In this document: positions 49,271-60,254 of the stretch, one piece after another
Position numbering within the stretch: position 1 is the first letter of the stretch
How the letters are laid out: each line of letters begins with the position of its first letter
Source: an uncultured delta proteobacterium
GTDB lineage: Bacteria > Desulfobacterota > Desulfobacteria > Desulfobacterales > Desulfatirhabdiaceae
DNA: 64,000 nt
Assembly (NCBI GenBank): GCA_963789395.1
Contig: CAWBKP010000013.1
Span: 128,001-192,000, forward strand
Direction: 5' to 3'
Made by a program: the position numbers and the translations under genes
The notes under the pieces: model-generated
What the model was told of the DNA's origin: nothing
Seen by the model: only the letters and a program-made list of their open reading frames with translations
The model's database searches: none

Positions 49271-50152
49271 ATGACATATCGGAATGCTTCAAAATTTAAA
49301 ATCCGGGTTTCGGAAGATGACCGTCCGGATTTGCTGCTTACGGAACAGATCGAGTATCAGCGATTTGAAAAACTGAACCAGCGGGTAACGATCATCACCG
49401 TCCTGATTCCGATTTTAATCGGCATCATGATAGCTTTCGGATACCTGAATATCCGGGAAATGGTCAGTCAGACCCAGGACATGGGGGCAAAGGAGTTGAC
49501 CAGTCTGTCTCAGAACCTGGAGTCAAGCATTTCAAATATATCCATCAAACAGGCCACACTGGAGGAAACCCTGGCCGCAAAAATCTCTGACCAGGAAAAG
49601 CTGGAAACTGCGGTTCAGGACAGCCTGAAAAAAATGGAGGCGACTGTTCATGACAGTATTAAAAGGATGGAAGCAACTGTTCAGGACAGCATCAAAAAAA
49701 CCGAAACGTCCCTTGCGGAAATTCAGGCCGGAAAGGCGGACAGAAAAGATATTGCCGGGGAGGTCTCCGGCTTGGACACCAAACTGGCCGGGGTTCAGAA
49801 AGATCTGAAGGCCAGCTTGGAGAAATTGCATGCTGACGTCAAGGCCATTGAAAAAAAAATGTCGGATGAGTTTGCCAAATCCCTTGAAACCGTCAATAAC
49901 GTGACCACTCGAATAGCAGAATGTCAGGCGAACATTGAACTGCTTTCTGCCGATAAAGCGGACAAAAAACTCACGGAAATTGCACTGAAAAATCAGGAAA
50001 AACATCTTCAGGATCAGACAAATCAGCTGATTCGAAACCTGGAAAGCAAATTGGAAGGCATCACTGCCGACATCAAAGAATTGGAAAAATTCAAATCCGC
50101 TATGGAAAAAAATCCACCGCCGCCGGCCCCAAAGAAACCACAGGCAGGATAA
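49271..50152 (+). CDS. Hypothetical membrane-anchored coiled-coil protein
   Basis: One TM helix, a long coiled-coil region, an internal 3 x 11-aa repeat and a Pro-rich tail. Confidence 0.8.
   Translation: MTYRNASKFKIRVSEDDRPDLLLTEQIEYQRFEKLNQRVTIITVLIPILIGIMIAFGYLNIREMVSQTQDMGAKELTSLSQNLESSISNISIKQATLEETLAAKISDQEKLETAVQDSLKKMEATVHDSIKRMEATVQDSIKKTETSLAEIQAGKADRKDIAGEVSGLDTKLAGVQKDLKASLEKLHADVKAIEKKMSDEFAKSLETVNNVTTRIAECQANIELLSADKADKKLTEIALKNQEKHLQDQTNQLIRNLESKLEGITADIKELEKFKSAMEKNPPPPAPKKPQAG
49601..49699 (+). repeat. In-frame 33-bp tandem repeat x3
   Basis: LETAVQDSLKK / MEATVHDSIKR / MEATVQDSIKK. Confidence 0.8.
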
Positions 50153-50230
50153 CCTTTGTCTGACCCGGCTTCCAAGTCTCAGGCAGAGCTTGCTGTGAGC
50201 GGCTTCAGCCCATAAGCCGGGATTAATGCA

Positions 50231-50965
50231 TTAAAAAAGTTGCAGCCGTTGAATCCTCTGGATGTCCTCCGGGACATCCACCTCGGGAGAGTCATGCTCC
50301 GTGACCATTACGCGGATGCGATGTCCATATTCAAGCGCTCGGAGTTGTTCGAGCTTTTCGATATTCTCGAGCCTGCCATCCGGAAGGCTTCGGAAGATAT
50401 CCAAAAAATGCCGGGTATACGCGTAAATCCCGAGGTGCTTGTAAGTATCAAAAACCGTGGAAGCATCCCGGCCATACGGAATGGTGGATCGTGAAAAATA
50501 AAGGGCGTTACCCAGCACATCACAAGTAACCTTCACATCCTTGGGATTGGTGATTTCTTCCGGGTTGGTGATCTTAAAGGCGAGCGTACTCATCTGAATG
50601 TCCGAATTTTCAATCAGCGGGGCGGCAACTTCCTGAATGCAGGACGGATGCATGCGGGGCTGATCCCCCTGAATATTGACCACGATATCACTATGGGAAA
50701 GATTCAGCTTGTCAGCGGCTTCTGCTACCCGGTCCGTACCAGATCGGTTCTCTGCAGACGTCATGATTGCCTTGCCGCCAAAGCCGGTCACGGCAGAAAA
50801 AATCCGCCTGTCATCGGTTGCAACAAATACCGCATCCACCATCTCGGCGCTGGCGGCTCGTTCATAAACGCACTGAATCATGGGCTTTCCGGAAATAAGC
50901 GCCAGAGGCTTGCCATCAAAGCGGGTTGATCCATATCGGGAGGGGATAATCACCACGGTTTTCAT
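50231..50965 (-). CDS. kdsB: 3-deoxy-manno-octulosonate cytidylyltransferase
   Basis: IPSRYGSTRF.GKPL, SGTDR, NIQGD, LYFSR, EKLEQLRAL. Confidence 0.95.
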   Translation of the reverse strand: MKTVVIIPSRYGSTRFDGKPLALISGKPMIQCVYERAASAEMVDAVFVATDDRRIFSAVTGFGGKAIMTSAENRSGTDRVAEAADKLNLSHSDIVVNIQGDQPRMHPSCIQEVAAPLIENSDIQMSTLAFKITNPEEITNPKDVKVTCDVLGNALYFSRSTIPYGRDASTVFDTYKHLGIYAYTRHFLDIFRSLPDGRLENIEKLEQLRALEYGHRIRVMVTEHDSPEVDVPEDIQRIQRLQLF

Positions 50966-50975
50966 GTTGTTTCCT

Positions 50976-51308
50976 CTATCGAATCCACCCGCCGATCAAA
51001 TGCAGATGAAGGTGAAAGACCATCTGGCCGCCGCCGCGCTCGACATTAAATAGAAGCTTGTACCCCGATTCATTGACCCCCACCTCTTTTGCCATGTTCC
51101 TGGCCGCCATGATCAGTTCCGATACCAGCGGCAGGTCGGCTGCGGTCAGGTCGTTGACGCTGCGGATATGCTGTTTGGGGACAATCAGCAGATGTACCGG
51201 TGCATGGGGTTTGATGTCTTTGAAAACCACTAGATTCTGGTTCTTATACAGCAGTTCCGTGGCTGTTTTTTCATTGGCAATGTTACAGAAGATACAATCT
51301 GTCTCCAT
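50976..51308 (-). CDS. HIT family nucleotide-binding protein (Hint-like)
   Basis: DCIFC, FKDIKP.APVH, GQMVFHLHLH. Confidence 0.93.
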   Translation of the reverse strand: METDCIFCNIANEKTATELLYKNQNLVVFKDIKPHAPVHLLIVPKQHIRSVNDLTAADLPLVSELIMAARNMAKEVGVNESGYKLLFNVERGGGQMVFHLHLHLIGGWIR

Positions 51309-51357
51309 AAATAATCCTCCCTGTATTGTATGAAAGCGTTAATCAATAGATGATAAA

Positions 51358-52071
51358 TTAAAATGATAACAATATGATATCTTCCGTTGAATCCCCCCAG
51401 TTGCCTTTTTGGGTTGGCGATGCCAATGCCAGTTCCAATTCAGCCAGGAACCGTTTTCTGGGGATTTCCGTTGCGCCCAGCCGGACCAGATGCTGTGTGG
51501 TCACCTGGCAGTCAATGAGGGTGAAATTCCATTTTTTAAGAAGCCGCACAAGGGTCGCCAGTCCGACTTTGGAGGCGTTGTTTTTGCGGGAAAACATGGA
51601 TTCTCCAAAAAAGCATTGTCCCAATGAGACGCCGTACAGGCCGCCTGCCAGCTCTCCCTTCTGGTCCCAGACCTCCACCGAATGGGCAAAGCCGGCCTCA
51701 TGGAGCCGGCGATAGGCATCCACCATATCTGCGGTGATCCAGGTTCCCCGCTGTTTTTCACGGGGAGCGGCGGCGCATGCTTCGATCACCCGGGCAAAAT
51801 CCCGATCCAGGGTGACAGCAAAACATCTGTGTTTAAGGGTTTTCATCAGGCTGCGGGAAACGTGCAGCGCATCGGGATACAACACGAGCCTCGGGTCCGG
51901 TGACCACCAGAGAATAGGATCTCCCTTGGCATACCAGGGGAAAATACCCATACGGTAGGCCAGAACGAGGCGCTCGATGCTCAGATCGCCGCCGACTGCC
52001 AGAAGCCCGTCTTCCCGGGACAATTCCGGTTCCGGAAAAATGAGTTGATCTGGCAATCGAAATACCGGCAT
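51358..52071 (-). CDS. aat: Leucyl/phenylalanyl-tRNA--protein transferase
   Basis: [33 protein letters not shown]. Confidence 0.96.
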   Translation of the reverse strand: MPVFRLPDQLIFPEPELSREDGLLAVGGDLSIERLVLAYRMGIFPWYAKGDPILWWSPDPRLVLYPDALHVSRSLMKTLKHRCFAVTLDRDFARVIEACAAAPREKQRGTWITADMVDAYRRLHEAGFAHSVEVWDQKGELAGGLYGVSLGQCFFGESMFSRKNNASKVGLATLVRLLKKWNFTLIDCQVTTQHLVRLGATEIPRKRFLAELELALASPTQKGNWGDSTEDIILLSF

Positions 52072-52073
52072 GT

Positions 52074-54323
52074 TTACGGACGCAGGGGTTCTGTCTCAAA
52101 CGTGAGATTTTCGCCGTCCAGCCCGACCTGAACGGTTCCGCCTTTTTCAAGATTGCCGAAAAGAATGCGGTCGGAGAGCACATCCTTGATCTGAACCTGA
52201 ATCAGGCGCGATAAAGGTCTTGCACCATACTGGGAATCATATCCTTTTTTGGCAAGCCAGATTCTGGCTTCGGGTAAAAGCCGGATGTGTATCTTTCTGG
52301 GTGAAAGTTGGGCATTGATTTCAGCCATGAACTTGTCAACCACTTTTTCCATGATTTCGATACTGAGTGATTGAAAGGAGATAATGGCATCCAGCCGGTT
52401 TCGGAATTCCGGACTGAAACATTTTTCAACCGCTTTCATGCCCTTGTCCAGTGAATCGGATCTCGTGTCTCCGAATCCGATGGTCTGCGTATTCATCTCA
52501 CGGCTTCCGGCATTGGATGTCATGATGACGATCGTGTTTCTGAAATCCGCTTTTTTACCGTTGTTGTCGGTCAGGGTGGCGTAATCCAGAACCTGAAGCA
52601 GGATATTGAAAATATCCGGATGCGCTTTTTCAATTTCATCCAGCAGCAGCACCCCATGCGGATGTTTTCGAATGTCGTCGGTCAACAGTCCGCCCTGGTC
52701 AAACCCGATATAGCCGGGAGGTGCCCCGATGAGCCGGGCAACCGTATGCTTTTCCATGTATTCGCTCATGTCATAGCGCGAAAACGATATGCCCAGAGCC
52801 GTTGCCACCTGTCTGGCCAGCTCGGTTTTTCCCACGCCGGTGGGGCCGGTAAACAAAAAAGAGCCCACCGGTCGATCCGGTGCACCCAATCCGGCCCGGG
52901 ACCGTTTGATAGCGGTCACCATTGCTCGGATGGCGTCATTCTGGCCGTATACGACCTGCTTCAATTGGTCTTCAAGGGTTTCAAGCCGCACCCGGTCGGA
53001 TGTGTTCACCCGGATTTCCGGAATCCTGGCAATTTTGGCTACTATTTTTTCAATGTCCGCAGGGTGGATTTTTTTCCGGTGCTTATACCCGGAAAGTCTG
53101 ACCCATGCGCCTGCCTCGTCCATGACATCGATGGCCTTGTCCGGCAGAAACCGGTCATTGATGTGTTTGTCGGAAAGTCTGGCCGCCGCCTTCAGCGCGG
53201 CATCGGTATACACGATTTTGTGGTGCTCCTCATAACGGGATCTGAGGCCTTTCAGAATGTCGATGGTCTCGGAAACCGACGGCTCGATAATATCAATTTT
53301 TTCAAACCGCCGGGACAATGCCCGGTCTTTCTGGAAATGATTTTTGTATTCTTCATAGGTGGTTGAGCCGATGCAGCGAAATTCCCCGCTGGCAAGAGCG
53401 GGTTTGAGGATATTGGAGGCATCCATGGAACCGCCGCTGGTGGCTCCCGCACCCACAATGGTATGAATCTCATCAATAAAGAGAACGGCATCTTTCTGAT
53501 TGCCAAGGGCATCGATCACGCCTTTGAGCCGCTGCTCAAAATCTCCCCGGAACCGGGTTCCGGCCAGAAGCGATCCCATGTCCAGAGAAAAAATCGTCAG
53601 GCCTTTGATGGGTTCAGGGACTTTCCCCTCGAAAATTTTCAGGGCCAGGCCTTCGGCCATTGCGGTTTTCCCGACGCCCGGATCTCCCACATAAACGGGG
53701 TTGTTTTTTCGCCTGCGGCAGAGAATCTGAATGGTTCTTTCAATTTCGATTTCCCGGCCGATCAACGGATCTATCTTGCCATCGGCTGCAGCACGCGTCA
53801 GATTCAGCGTGTACAGTTCAATGGGGTCTGTTTTTTTGGGCTTGTCCGGTTTTTCGGTCTTTGTTCCTGGATCCGGGTTCCGGATCAACGGGTGAGGGGC
53901 GGCGTCATGCGAAATATAGCTTAAAATATCCAGCCGGCTGATTCCCTGTTCATTGAGAAAAAAAGCGGCAAATGAGTCCTTTTCCAGAAAAATAGATGCC
54001 AGGATGTCGCTGACAGCCACTTCCTGCTTTTCGGCGGAACGCACATGGTTGACGGCGCGTTGAATGACCCGCTGAAAGGCAAGGGTCTGCTGAAGCACAT
54101 AATCCCGGTCTTCAGCAATTTTTTCCATCCGTTCTTCAAAAAACTGCTCCAGGGATGCCATCAGACTTTGTACGTTTCCCCCGCAGTTTTCGATGGTTTC
54201 AATGCCGCTGCTGTCATGCAGTACCGCAAACAGAATATGTTCGACCGAAACGTATTCATGCCGGCGTCTCTTTGCTTCACGTACGGCAAACCCGAGGGTT
54301 TCACTGAGTTCTTTACTGATCAT
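52074..54323 (-). CDS. clpA: ATP-dependent Clp protease ATPase ClpA
   Basis: Two AAA domains ([16 protein letters not shown]) and the TIGF ClpP-docking loop. Lies between clpS and aat. Confidence 0.96.
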   Translation of the reverse strand: MISKELSETLGFAVREAKRRRHEYVSVEHILFAVLHDSSGIETIENCGGNVQSLMASLEQFFEERMEKIAEDRDYVLQQTLAFQRVIQRAVNHVRSAEKQEVAVSDILASIFLEKDSFAAFFLNEQGISRLDILSYISHDAAPHPLIRNPDPGTKTEKPDKPKKTDPIELYTLNLTRAAADGKIDPLIGREIEIERTIQILCRRRKNNPVYVGDPGVGKTAMAEGLALKIFEGKVPEPIKGLTIFSLDMGSLLAGTRFRGDFEQRLKGVIDALGNQKDAVLFIDEIHTIVGAGATSGGSMDASNILKPALASGEFRCIGSTTYEEYKNHFQKDRALSRRFEKIDIIEPSVSETIDILKGLRSRYEEHHKIVYTDAALKAAARLSDKHINDRFLPDKAIDVMDEAGAWVRLSGYKHRKKIHPADIEKIVAKIARIPEIRVNTSDRVRLETLEDQLKQVVYGQNDAIRAMVTAIKRSRAGLGAPDRPVGSFLFTGPTGVGKTELARQVATALGISFSRYDMSEYMEKHTVARLIGAPPGYIGFDQGGLLTDDIRKHPHGVLLLDEIEKAHPDIFNILLQVLDYATLTDNNGKKADFRNTIVIMTSNAGSREMNTQTIGFGDTRSDSLDKGMKAVEKCFSPEFRNRLDAIISFQSLSIEIMEKVVDKFMAEINAQLSPRKIHIRLLPEARIWLAKKGYDSQYGARPLSRLIQVQIKDVLSDRILFGNLEKGGTVQVGLDGENLTFETEPLRP

Positions 54324-54326
54324 GGT

Positions 54327-54701
54327 TCACACTTCCTCCAGGTCGCATCGCAGCGGAAACCCCCGTTCCTTTGCAAGGGAATGGACGGTTTCCACCTTTG
54401 TTTCAGCGATTTCAAGGGGATAAACCCCGCAAACCCCGACGCCTTTATGATGGACATTCAACATGATTTCCGTTGCCGCTTCAAGCGATTTGGCGAATAC
54501 ATGCATCAGGATTTCGACGACGAATTCCATGGTGGTGTAATCGTCATTGAGCAGGAGCACCTTGAACATCGACGGTTCTTTGACAAGTTCCTGAGTGTCC
54601 TCATCAATGCCGCCTTCCATTTCCGGATGGAATGGATCCGACCCGGCGGGTTCCGCCTGGCATTTTATATGAAGCGCTGCATGGGGTTTCATCGGTATCA
54701 T
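54327..54701 (-). CDS. clpS: Clp protease adaptor ClpS (start uncertain)
   Basis: VLLLNDDYTTMEFVV, MLNVH..G, FPLRC. Confidence 0.95.
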   Translation of the reverse strand: MIPMKPHAALHIKCQAEPAGSDPFHPEMEGGIDEDTQELVKEPSMFKVLLLNDDYTTMEFVVEILMHVFAKSLEAATEIMLNVHHKGVGVCGVYPLEIAETKVETVHSLAKERGFPLRCDLEEV

Positions 54702-54730
54702 TCACAAAACATCCTTGTTATGGGCTGTTT

Positions 54731-57256
54731 TTACTTTCCGCAGCATTTTTTAAATTTTTTCCCGCTTCCGCACGGACAGGGATCGTTTCGGCCAGTTTTT
54801 TCATTTGCCCGGCGAACCGGCTTTTTTTTCTGCGGTTCACCGTCGGAACCGGAAAAAATCAGGTTCTGCTCCCGTGGTTTATGGATTTCTTCGATTTTAT
54901 CCGGCTCAGCAGGCTGTATGCGAAACAGAATGGAAAGGGTCTGCTCCTGAATGCGGGAGATCATTTCCTGAAACATCTCAAACCCCTCTTTTTTATACAC
55001 GATCAGCGGATTCTGCTGGGCATACCCCCTGAGTCCGATACCTTCCTTCAGGTGATCCATGGACAGCAGGTGGTCCTTCCAGAGGGTGTCGACCGTGTTG
55101 AGCATCACATAACGTTCCAGTTGCCTGAAATTTTCTTCTCCGATTTCGCCTTCCTTTTTCGCATATAACTCAAAGGCAGTGGCTGCGATGGTTTCCGCAA
55201 GCCCGTCGGGATTCAGCCCATCCAGCAAGTCATCGGTGATATTGATATGAAAATTGTACTGGTTGAATACGGCTTCATCAATGCCTTTGAAATTCCATTC
55301 CTCGGGTGCGATTTTTTCATCCGCGAAGGTTTCGGCGATTTCCTCGGCCTTATCCCGGATCATGTCTTCGATAGCCGGTTTCAGGCTTTTCCCGTTCAGC
55401 GCTTCGCGGCGTTGTCTGTAAATGACTTCACGCTGCTGGTTCATCACGTCATCATATTCGATCAGGTGTTTTCGAATATCAAAATTGTGCGCCTCCACCT
55501 TGGACTGGGCGTTCTCAATGGCCCGGCTGATCAGGTTATGCTCGATGGGCTCGCCTTCCTCCATGCCCAGCTTCTCCATGATGCTGGTCATTCGCTCGCC
55601 TCCGAAGATCCGCAGCAGATCGTCTTCCAGGGCCATGTAAAACCGGGATGATCCCGGATCTCCCTGTCTGCCGGAACGGCCTCGAAGCTGATTGTCGATG
55701 CGCCGGCTCTCGTGGCGTTCCGTGCCGATGATGCGAAGCCCGCCAAGCTCTGTCACGCCTTCTCCCAGCACGATGTCCGTACCGCGGCCCGCCATGTTGG
55801 TGGATATGGTCACCGCACCTTTCTGACCGGCCATGGATACGATTTCAGCTTCTTTCTCATGGTTTTTGGCATTCAGAACCGTATGGGGAATTCCCTTTTT
55901 TTTCAGTTTCTGGCTGAGGTCCTCGGACACATCAATGGAAATGGTGCCAACCAGAACCGGCTGGCCTTTTTTATGAAGCTCGGCGATATCATGCATGACG
56001 GCTTCAAATTTTTCTTTTTTGGTTTTATAGATCACATCCGGAAAATCATGCCGGATCATGGGCTTATGAGTGGGAATCACCGAAACATCCAGGTTGTAAA
56101 TTTTCTTGAACTCCGCTGCTTCGGTATCGGCCGTGCCGGTCATGCCGGCCAGCTTCTCGTACATTCTAAAGTAATTCTGAAAGGTAATCGTGGCAAGGGT
56201 CTGATTTTCGTTTTCGATTTTAACGTTTTCCTTGGCTTCGAGGGCCTGGTGAAGGCCTTCGCTGTAACGCCTTCCGGGCATGAGCCGCCCGGTGAATTCG
56301 TCAACGATGATGACTTCCCCTTCCTTGACGATATAGTCCACATCCCGTTTGAACAGGGTGTGGGCCTTCAGTGCCTGATTGATGTGGTGAAGCGTTTCGA
56401 TATTGCGGGGATCGTAGAGATTTTCCACCTTGATCAGCTGCTCGGCCTTGGCCACCCCGTCTTCTGTGAGGACAGCGGACCGTGCTTTTTCATCGATGGC
56501 ATAATCCACATCCCGGGAAAGGCGGGGGATGATGGTATTGATCTCATAATAGAGGTGGGTGGATTTTTCCGCCTGGCCGGAGATGATCAGCGGGGTTCTG
56601 GCCTCGTCAATAAGGATGCTGTCCACTTCATCCACGATGGCGTAATGGAGATCCCCCTGTACGATGCTCTCCTTGTAGAATTTCATGTTGTCTCTCAGAT
56701 AATCAAATCCGAACTCATTGTTGGTTCCGTAAGTGATGTCCGAGTGGTAGGCGCTCTGGCGCTCCGGGTCGTCCAGGCCATGGAGAATGCATCCGACCGA
56801 AAGGCCCAAAAAATTGTACACTTTCCCCATCCATTCGGTGTCTCGTCTGGCCAAATAGTCGTTTACGGTAATGATGTGAACCCCTTTGCCGGTCAGGGAA
56901 TTCAGATAGGCCGGAAGGGTGGCGGCAAGGGTTTTGCCTTCACCGGTCTTCATTTCCGCGATTTTCCCCTGATGCAGCACCATGCCGCCGATCAGCTGAG
57001 CATCGAAGTGGCGCATTTTCAGGGTGCGGACCGAGGCCTCCCGGACGGTTGCAAAAGCTTCCGGGAGTAGCTCATCCAGACTTTCGCCCTTATCAATGCG
57101 TTCCTTGAAGCGCAGGGTCTGGGCTTTGAGTTCATCGTCGTTGAGGGCTTTGAGGGCCGGCTCAAAGGAATTGATCTGGTCCACCACAGGCCAGAGCTTT
57201 TTTAACTCCCGTTCATTTTTGCTTCCGAATATTTTTGTTAACCAGTCGAAAAACAT
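54731..57256 (-). CDS. secA: Preprotein translocase ATPase SecA
   Basis: [50 protein letters not shown]. Confidence 0.98.
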   Translation of the reverse strand: MFFDWLTKIFGSKNERELKKLWPVVDQINSFEPALKALNDDELKAQTLRFKERIDKGESLDELLPEAFATVREASVRTLKMRHFDAQLIGGMVLHQGKIAEMKTGEGKTLAATLPAYLNSLTGKGVHIITVNDYLARRDTEWMGKVYNFLGLSVGCILHGLDDPERQSAYHSDITYGTNNEFGFDYLRDNMKFYKESIVQGDLHYAIVDEVDSILIDEARTPLIISGQAEKSTHLYYEINTIIPRLSRDVDYAIDEKARSAVLTEDGVAKAEQLIKVENLYDPRNIETLHHINQALKAHTLFKRDVDYIVKEGEVIIVDEFTGRLMPGRRYSEGLHQALEAKENVKIENENQTLATITFQNYFRMYEKLAGMTGTADTEAAEFKKIYNLDVSVIPTHKPMIRHDFPDVIYKTKKEKFEAVMHDIAELHKKGQPVLVGTISIDVSEDLSQKLKKKGIPHTVLNAKNHEKEAEIVSMAGQKGAVTISTNMAGRGTDIVLGEGVTELGGLRIIGTERHESRRIDNQLRGRSGRQGDPGSSRFYMALEDDLLRIFGGERMTSIMEKLGMEEGEPIEHNLISRAIENAQSKVEAHNFDIRKHLIEYDDVMNQQREVIYRQRREALNGKSLKPAIEDMIRDKAEEIAETFADEKIAPEEWNFKGIDEAVFNQYNFHINITDDLLDGLNPDGLAETIAATAFELYAKKEGEIGEENFRQLERYVMLNTVDTLWKDHLLSMDHLKEGIGLRGYAQQNPLIVYKKEGFEMFQEMISRIQEQTLSILFRIQPAEPDKIEEIHKPREQNLIFSGSDGEPQKKKPVRRANEKTGRNDPCPCGSGKKFKKCCGK

Positions 57257-57368
57257 GTAAATGTGAATTCCTTTATGTGAAAGAAGTCAGAAGTGGAAAA
57301 TCCATCCTCCGAATTGTTGTTGTCTGTGATTATTTGCTCAGGGCGCCGCCCTGATTCAGTGCAGTCCC

Positions 57369-57935
57369 TCAGCCCTTGATGGAACAGGCTTCAGGGGCAT
57401 CGACCATATTTTCCACATTGGCGCCGAAAGGTTGAGACGCCAGTTCGGTCTTATCCGACAGAATCATTTCCGCAGCAATCTTGGCAGACTCGGTAATGAT
57501 TTCCCGACAGTGCAGGGCATGGTCGCGGCAGAGCCAGTTTTCTTTCCAGGGCTGGGTAATATCCCGGCAAAGGGTGCTTCCGAATTTGTCCTTGATCCGG
57601 TTGGGGATCTGATTGAAAAGCCGATACAGGCCGGGTTTGCCGTACAGTTCCTGGGCCGCCTTTTTGGAAGTTTCTTTGGGGTCGCCTTCCGGAATCGTGC
57701 TTCTGCCGTGGACGGCTCCAACCGCCAGAATCGCTCCGGCAATGGCGCCGCAGGAATCGCCGTACAGCCCGACGCCCCCGCCGAAACCGGTGGCCAGTTT
57801 CTGAATCTCTTTGGGTAGGCCGGTTTCAACCAGATTCACTACGGCCTCCACCACGCATTCCGCGCAGTTGAATCCTTTTGAAAAATTTTTTCTGGCCCGA
57901 AGGGTGATGGCCTCGATTTGTTCGTCCTGTGTCAT
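57369..57935 (-). CDS. C_GCAxxG_C_C family putative redox protein
   Basis: FNCAE, FGGG...CGAIAG, FGSTLCRDI, HC. Confidence 0.85.
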   Translation of the reverse strand: MTQDEQIEAITLRARKNFSKGFNCAECVVEAVVNLVETGLPKEIQKLATGFGGGVGLYGDSCGAIAGAILAVGAVHGRSTIPEGDPKETSKKAAQELYGKPGLYRLFNQIPNRIKDKFGSTLCRDITQPWKENWLCRDHALHCREIITESAKIAAEMILSDKTELASQPFGANVENMVDAPEACSIKG

Positions 57936-57967
57936 GTGGATTTCCTTTTCAGTATTTATTATTTTAT

Positions 57968-59164
57968 CTATTGCATTAACCGGACGATTTTCCGCGCCAG
58001 ATCCATGGAACTGGTAAATGCCGGTGAAATGGGGTTCAGAAGATGCAGGCAGGCCCCGTCCTGAATTACCTGAAAATCCTGAACCAGCTCTCCGGTGTTC
58101 CAGTCCACGAGCTGTGCCCGGATTCCCACTTTTGCTGAAGGTTCCACCTCGGAAGGGTCCAGGACTTTTACCAGCGCGGCCGCGTCCTGAAAAAACCAGG
58201 GGAAAAAATATTTCCTGGGCTCGGTCAAAGCCACGGTTCGAAACTGCGGGTTATTCAGGAAAAGATGCGCATCACTGAGCAAAATATCAATGGCTTCCGT
58301 ATCAATTCCTTCAAAAACGCCGTAATTTTCACGGCCGAATGCCGGAATTGCCGTGGGTCCCAGGTAGACATCTCCATGAATATTCCGGGTAAAATGTACG
58401 CCCAGAAACGGATTGCGAATGTCCGGAACCGGGTAGATACTGCCCCGGACCCGCCAGGCGCTGTTTTTTTTTAGCTTGCGGTAGATGCCTTTGAAGGGAA
58501 TCAGCCGATAATGGGTTCCGATGCCGAATGCCTTTGAAATGCGATCGCAATGGGCGCCCGCGGCATTGATGAACCGCTCGAACCGGATCCTGCCGCACTG
58601 CGTCTGAACCAAATTGCTGCCGGCAACGGATTCAAATGCGCAGTTGAAGAAAAACCGAACGTTCCCAGACCCTTCCAGGTCGTTTTTCAGCGATTTCAGA
58701 ATTTTTTGCGGGTCCACAACCGCGGTATAATGGGAAAAAATCGCCTTTTGAACGGTCCTGGCATTGGGCTCGATTTCCGCCAGTTCTTTTTCATCAAGCA
58801 GATCCACTTTCGCGCCATTGGCAAGGGCCCGTTCATACAGGGTCTGAAGCACGGGAAGTTCATCCTGGCTTCGGGCGACGATGACTTTTCCGGTTTCCAG
58901 AAGCGGAAGCTGTTTCTCCCGGCAGTAGGCTTTCATCAGAAAATTGCCGTTCAGGCAGGACCTGGCCTTCAAGCTGTCCGGGGCATAATAAATGCCGGCA
59001 TGCAGTACCCCGCTGTTGCGGCCGGAGGCATGCTTTCCGGTCTCCGCTTCTTTTTCTATGACGACAATGTTCCGCCGGCCGTTCTGGACCAGTTCTCTTG
59101 CGATCGTCAGGCCCATGATGCCGGCGCCGACAATCAGGACATCTGCTTCAATGGCAGGTATCAT
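57968..59164 (-). CDS. lhgO: L-2-hydroxyglutarate oxidase-like FAD oxidoreductase
   Basis: VGAGIMG, HASGRNSGVLHAGIYY, IYPVPD..PFLGVHFT, GIRAQ, SPAFTSS. Confidence 0.85.
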   Translation of the reverse strand: MIPAIEADVLIVGAGIMGLTIARELVQNGRRNIVVIEKEAETGKHASGRNSGVLHAGIYYAPDSLKARSCLNGNFLMKAYCREKQLPLLETGKVIVARSQDELPVLQTLYERALANGAKVDLLDEKELAEIEPNARTVQKAIFSHYTAVVDPQKILKSLKNDLEGSGNVRFFFNCAFESVAGSNLVQTQCGRIRFERFINAAGAHCDRISKAFGIGTHYRLIPFKGIYRKLKKNSAWRVRGSIYPVPDIRNPFLGVHFTRNIHGDVYLGPTAIPAFGRENYGVFEGIDTEAIDILLSDAHLFLNNPQFRTVALTEPRKYFFPWFFQDAAALVKVLDPSEVEPSAKVGIRAQLVDWNTGELVQDFQVIQDGACLHLLNPISPAFTSSMDLARKIVRLMQ

Positions 59165-59180
59165 GTTTTAAATCCTTTGA

Positions 59181-60176
59181 TCAGACGACTCCTGCGATAA
59201 TACCGGAGTCGTTCGGGCTGTCAATGGCAATCCGGTGAATATTGCGGACTCCGGCGCCGGCCAGCATGTCGCTGAGCTGCTGTTCGGAATAGGCCTGGCC
59301 GGATGAAGTGCCAAGGAGCATATTCAGTGAAAATAGGGCCGGAAAGAGCGGGCCGCTCATCTCGTTGTTGAGAATGAATTCGTGGATCAGGATCATGCCG
59401 CCCGGAGAAAGGGCGGAAACCGCCTTTTCAATGATCCGTTGGCAGTCTTTGGGCCCTTCGCCGTGCAGGATATGGGAAAGCCAGGCCACATCATACCTTC
59501 CTTGCACCGGATCTTCCAGATAACTGCCTGCCTGAAAGCGGATCCGGTCCGACAGACCGAATTTTCCGATGGTGGCTTCGGCAAAAGGCCGGGTGGTCGG
59601 CAGATCAAACACGACAGCCTCGATCTCCGGGTGTTGCAGGCAGAATTGAATGGCATAGGTTCCCGGACCTCCCCCCATATCCAGAAATGATCTGCGGCCT
59701 GAAAGATCGATTTCGGGAACGATCCGGGGCGCAAGCATCATGGCCATATTGAACATGCCCATGAGAAAGCTTTCCCTGGCATCGTCGCTGCTGTGCGTGG
59801 CCCGCGTTCGAACCGGGTTGCCGCTTAGAACCGCCTGATCGAGCTGACTCCAGGACGCGACCAGATGGTGATGATGTTTGATGATGTGTCCGATATAGCC
59901 GGGAGATGATTTGCTGAGAAACGCCTTGGCCTCGGGTGTATTGGCATAAATGTCGCCGGATTTCTCCAGAAGGTTCATGGCGGTCAGGGCATTCAGCAAC
60001 ATGGCCAGAGCTCTGGGGTCTGCCCGGAGTTGTTCCGCGATGTCCCCTGCAGATAGGCGCTTGTCTGCCATTACCGTAAATACATCCAGCTGTACCGCTG
60101 CATGAAGTGCGCAGGTTTTCCAGTATCCCCCGGATGTCTCCAAAAGCGTTCCCGGATTCCATTCTGCGTGTTCCAT
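59181..60176 (-). CDS. SAM-dependent methyltransferase (O-methyltransferase family 2 with dimerisation domain)
   Basis: N-terminal wHTH-like dimerisation region, LDMGGGPG, FDLP, SHILH, L.PGG. Confidence 0.9.
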   Translation of the reverse strand: MEHAEWNPGTLLETSGGYWKTCALHAAVQLDVFTVMADKRLSAGDIAEQLRADPRALAMLLNALTAMNLLEKSGDIYANTPEAKAFLSKSSPGYIGHIIKHHHHLVASWSQLDQAVLSGNPVRTRATHSSDDARESFLMGMFNMAMMLAPRIVPEIDLSGRRSFLDMGGGPGTYAIQFCLQHPEIEAVVFDLPTTRPFAEATIGKFGLSDRIRFQAGSYLEDPVQGRYDVAWLSHILHGEGPKDCQRIIEKAVSALSPGGMILIHEFILNNEMSGPLFPALFSLNMLLGTSSGQAYSEQQLSDMLAGAGVRNIHRIAIDSPNDSGIIAGVV

Positions 60177-60254
60177 AGCAATCTCCTTGTCAGATGGTGA
60201 CGAAAAAAATTGATAAAACTCAGGCGTTGATAGATATTTCTTCAGTATGCAGCC

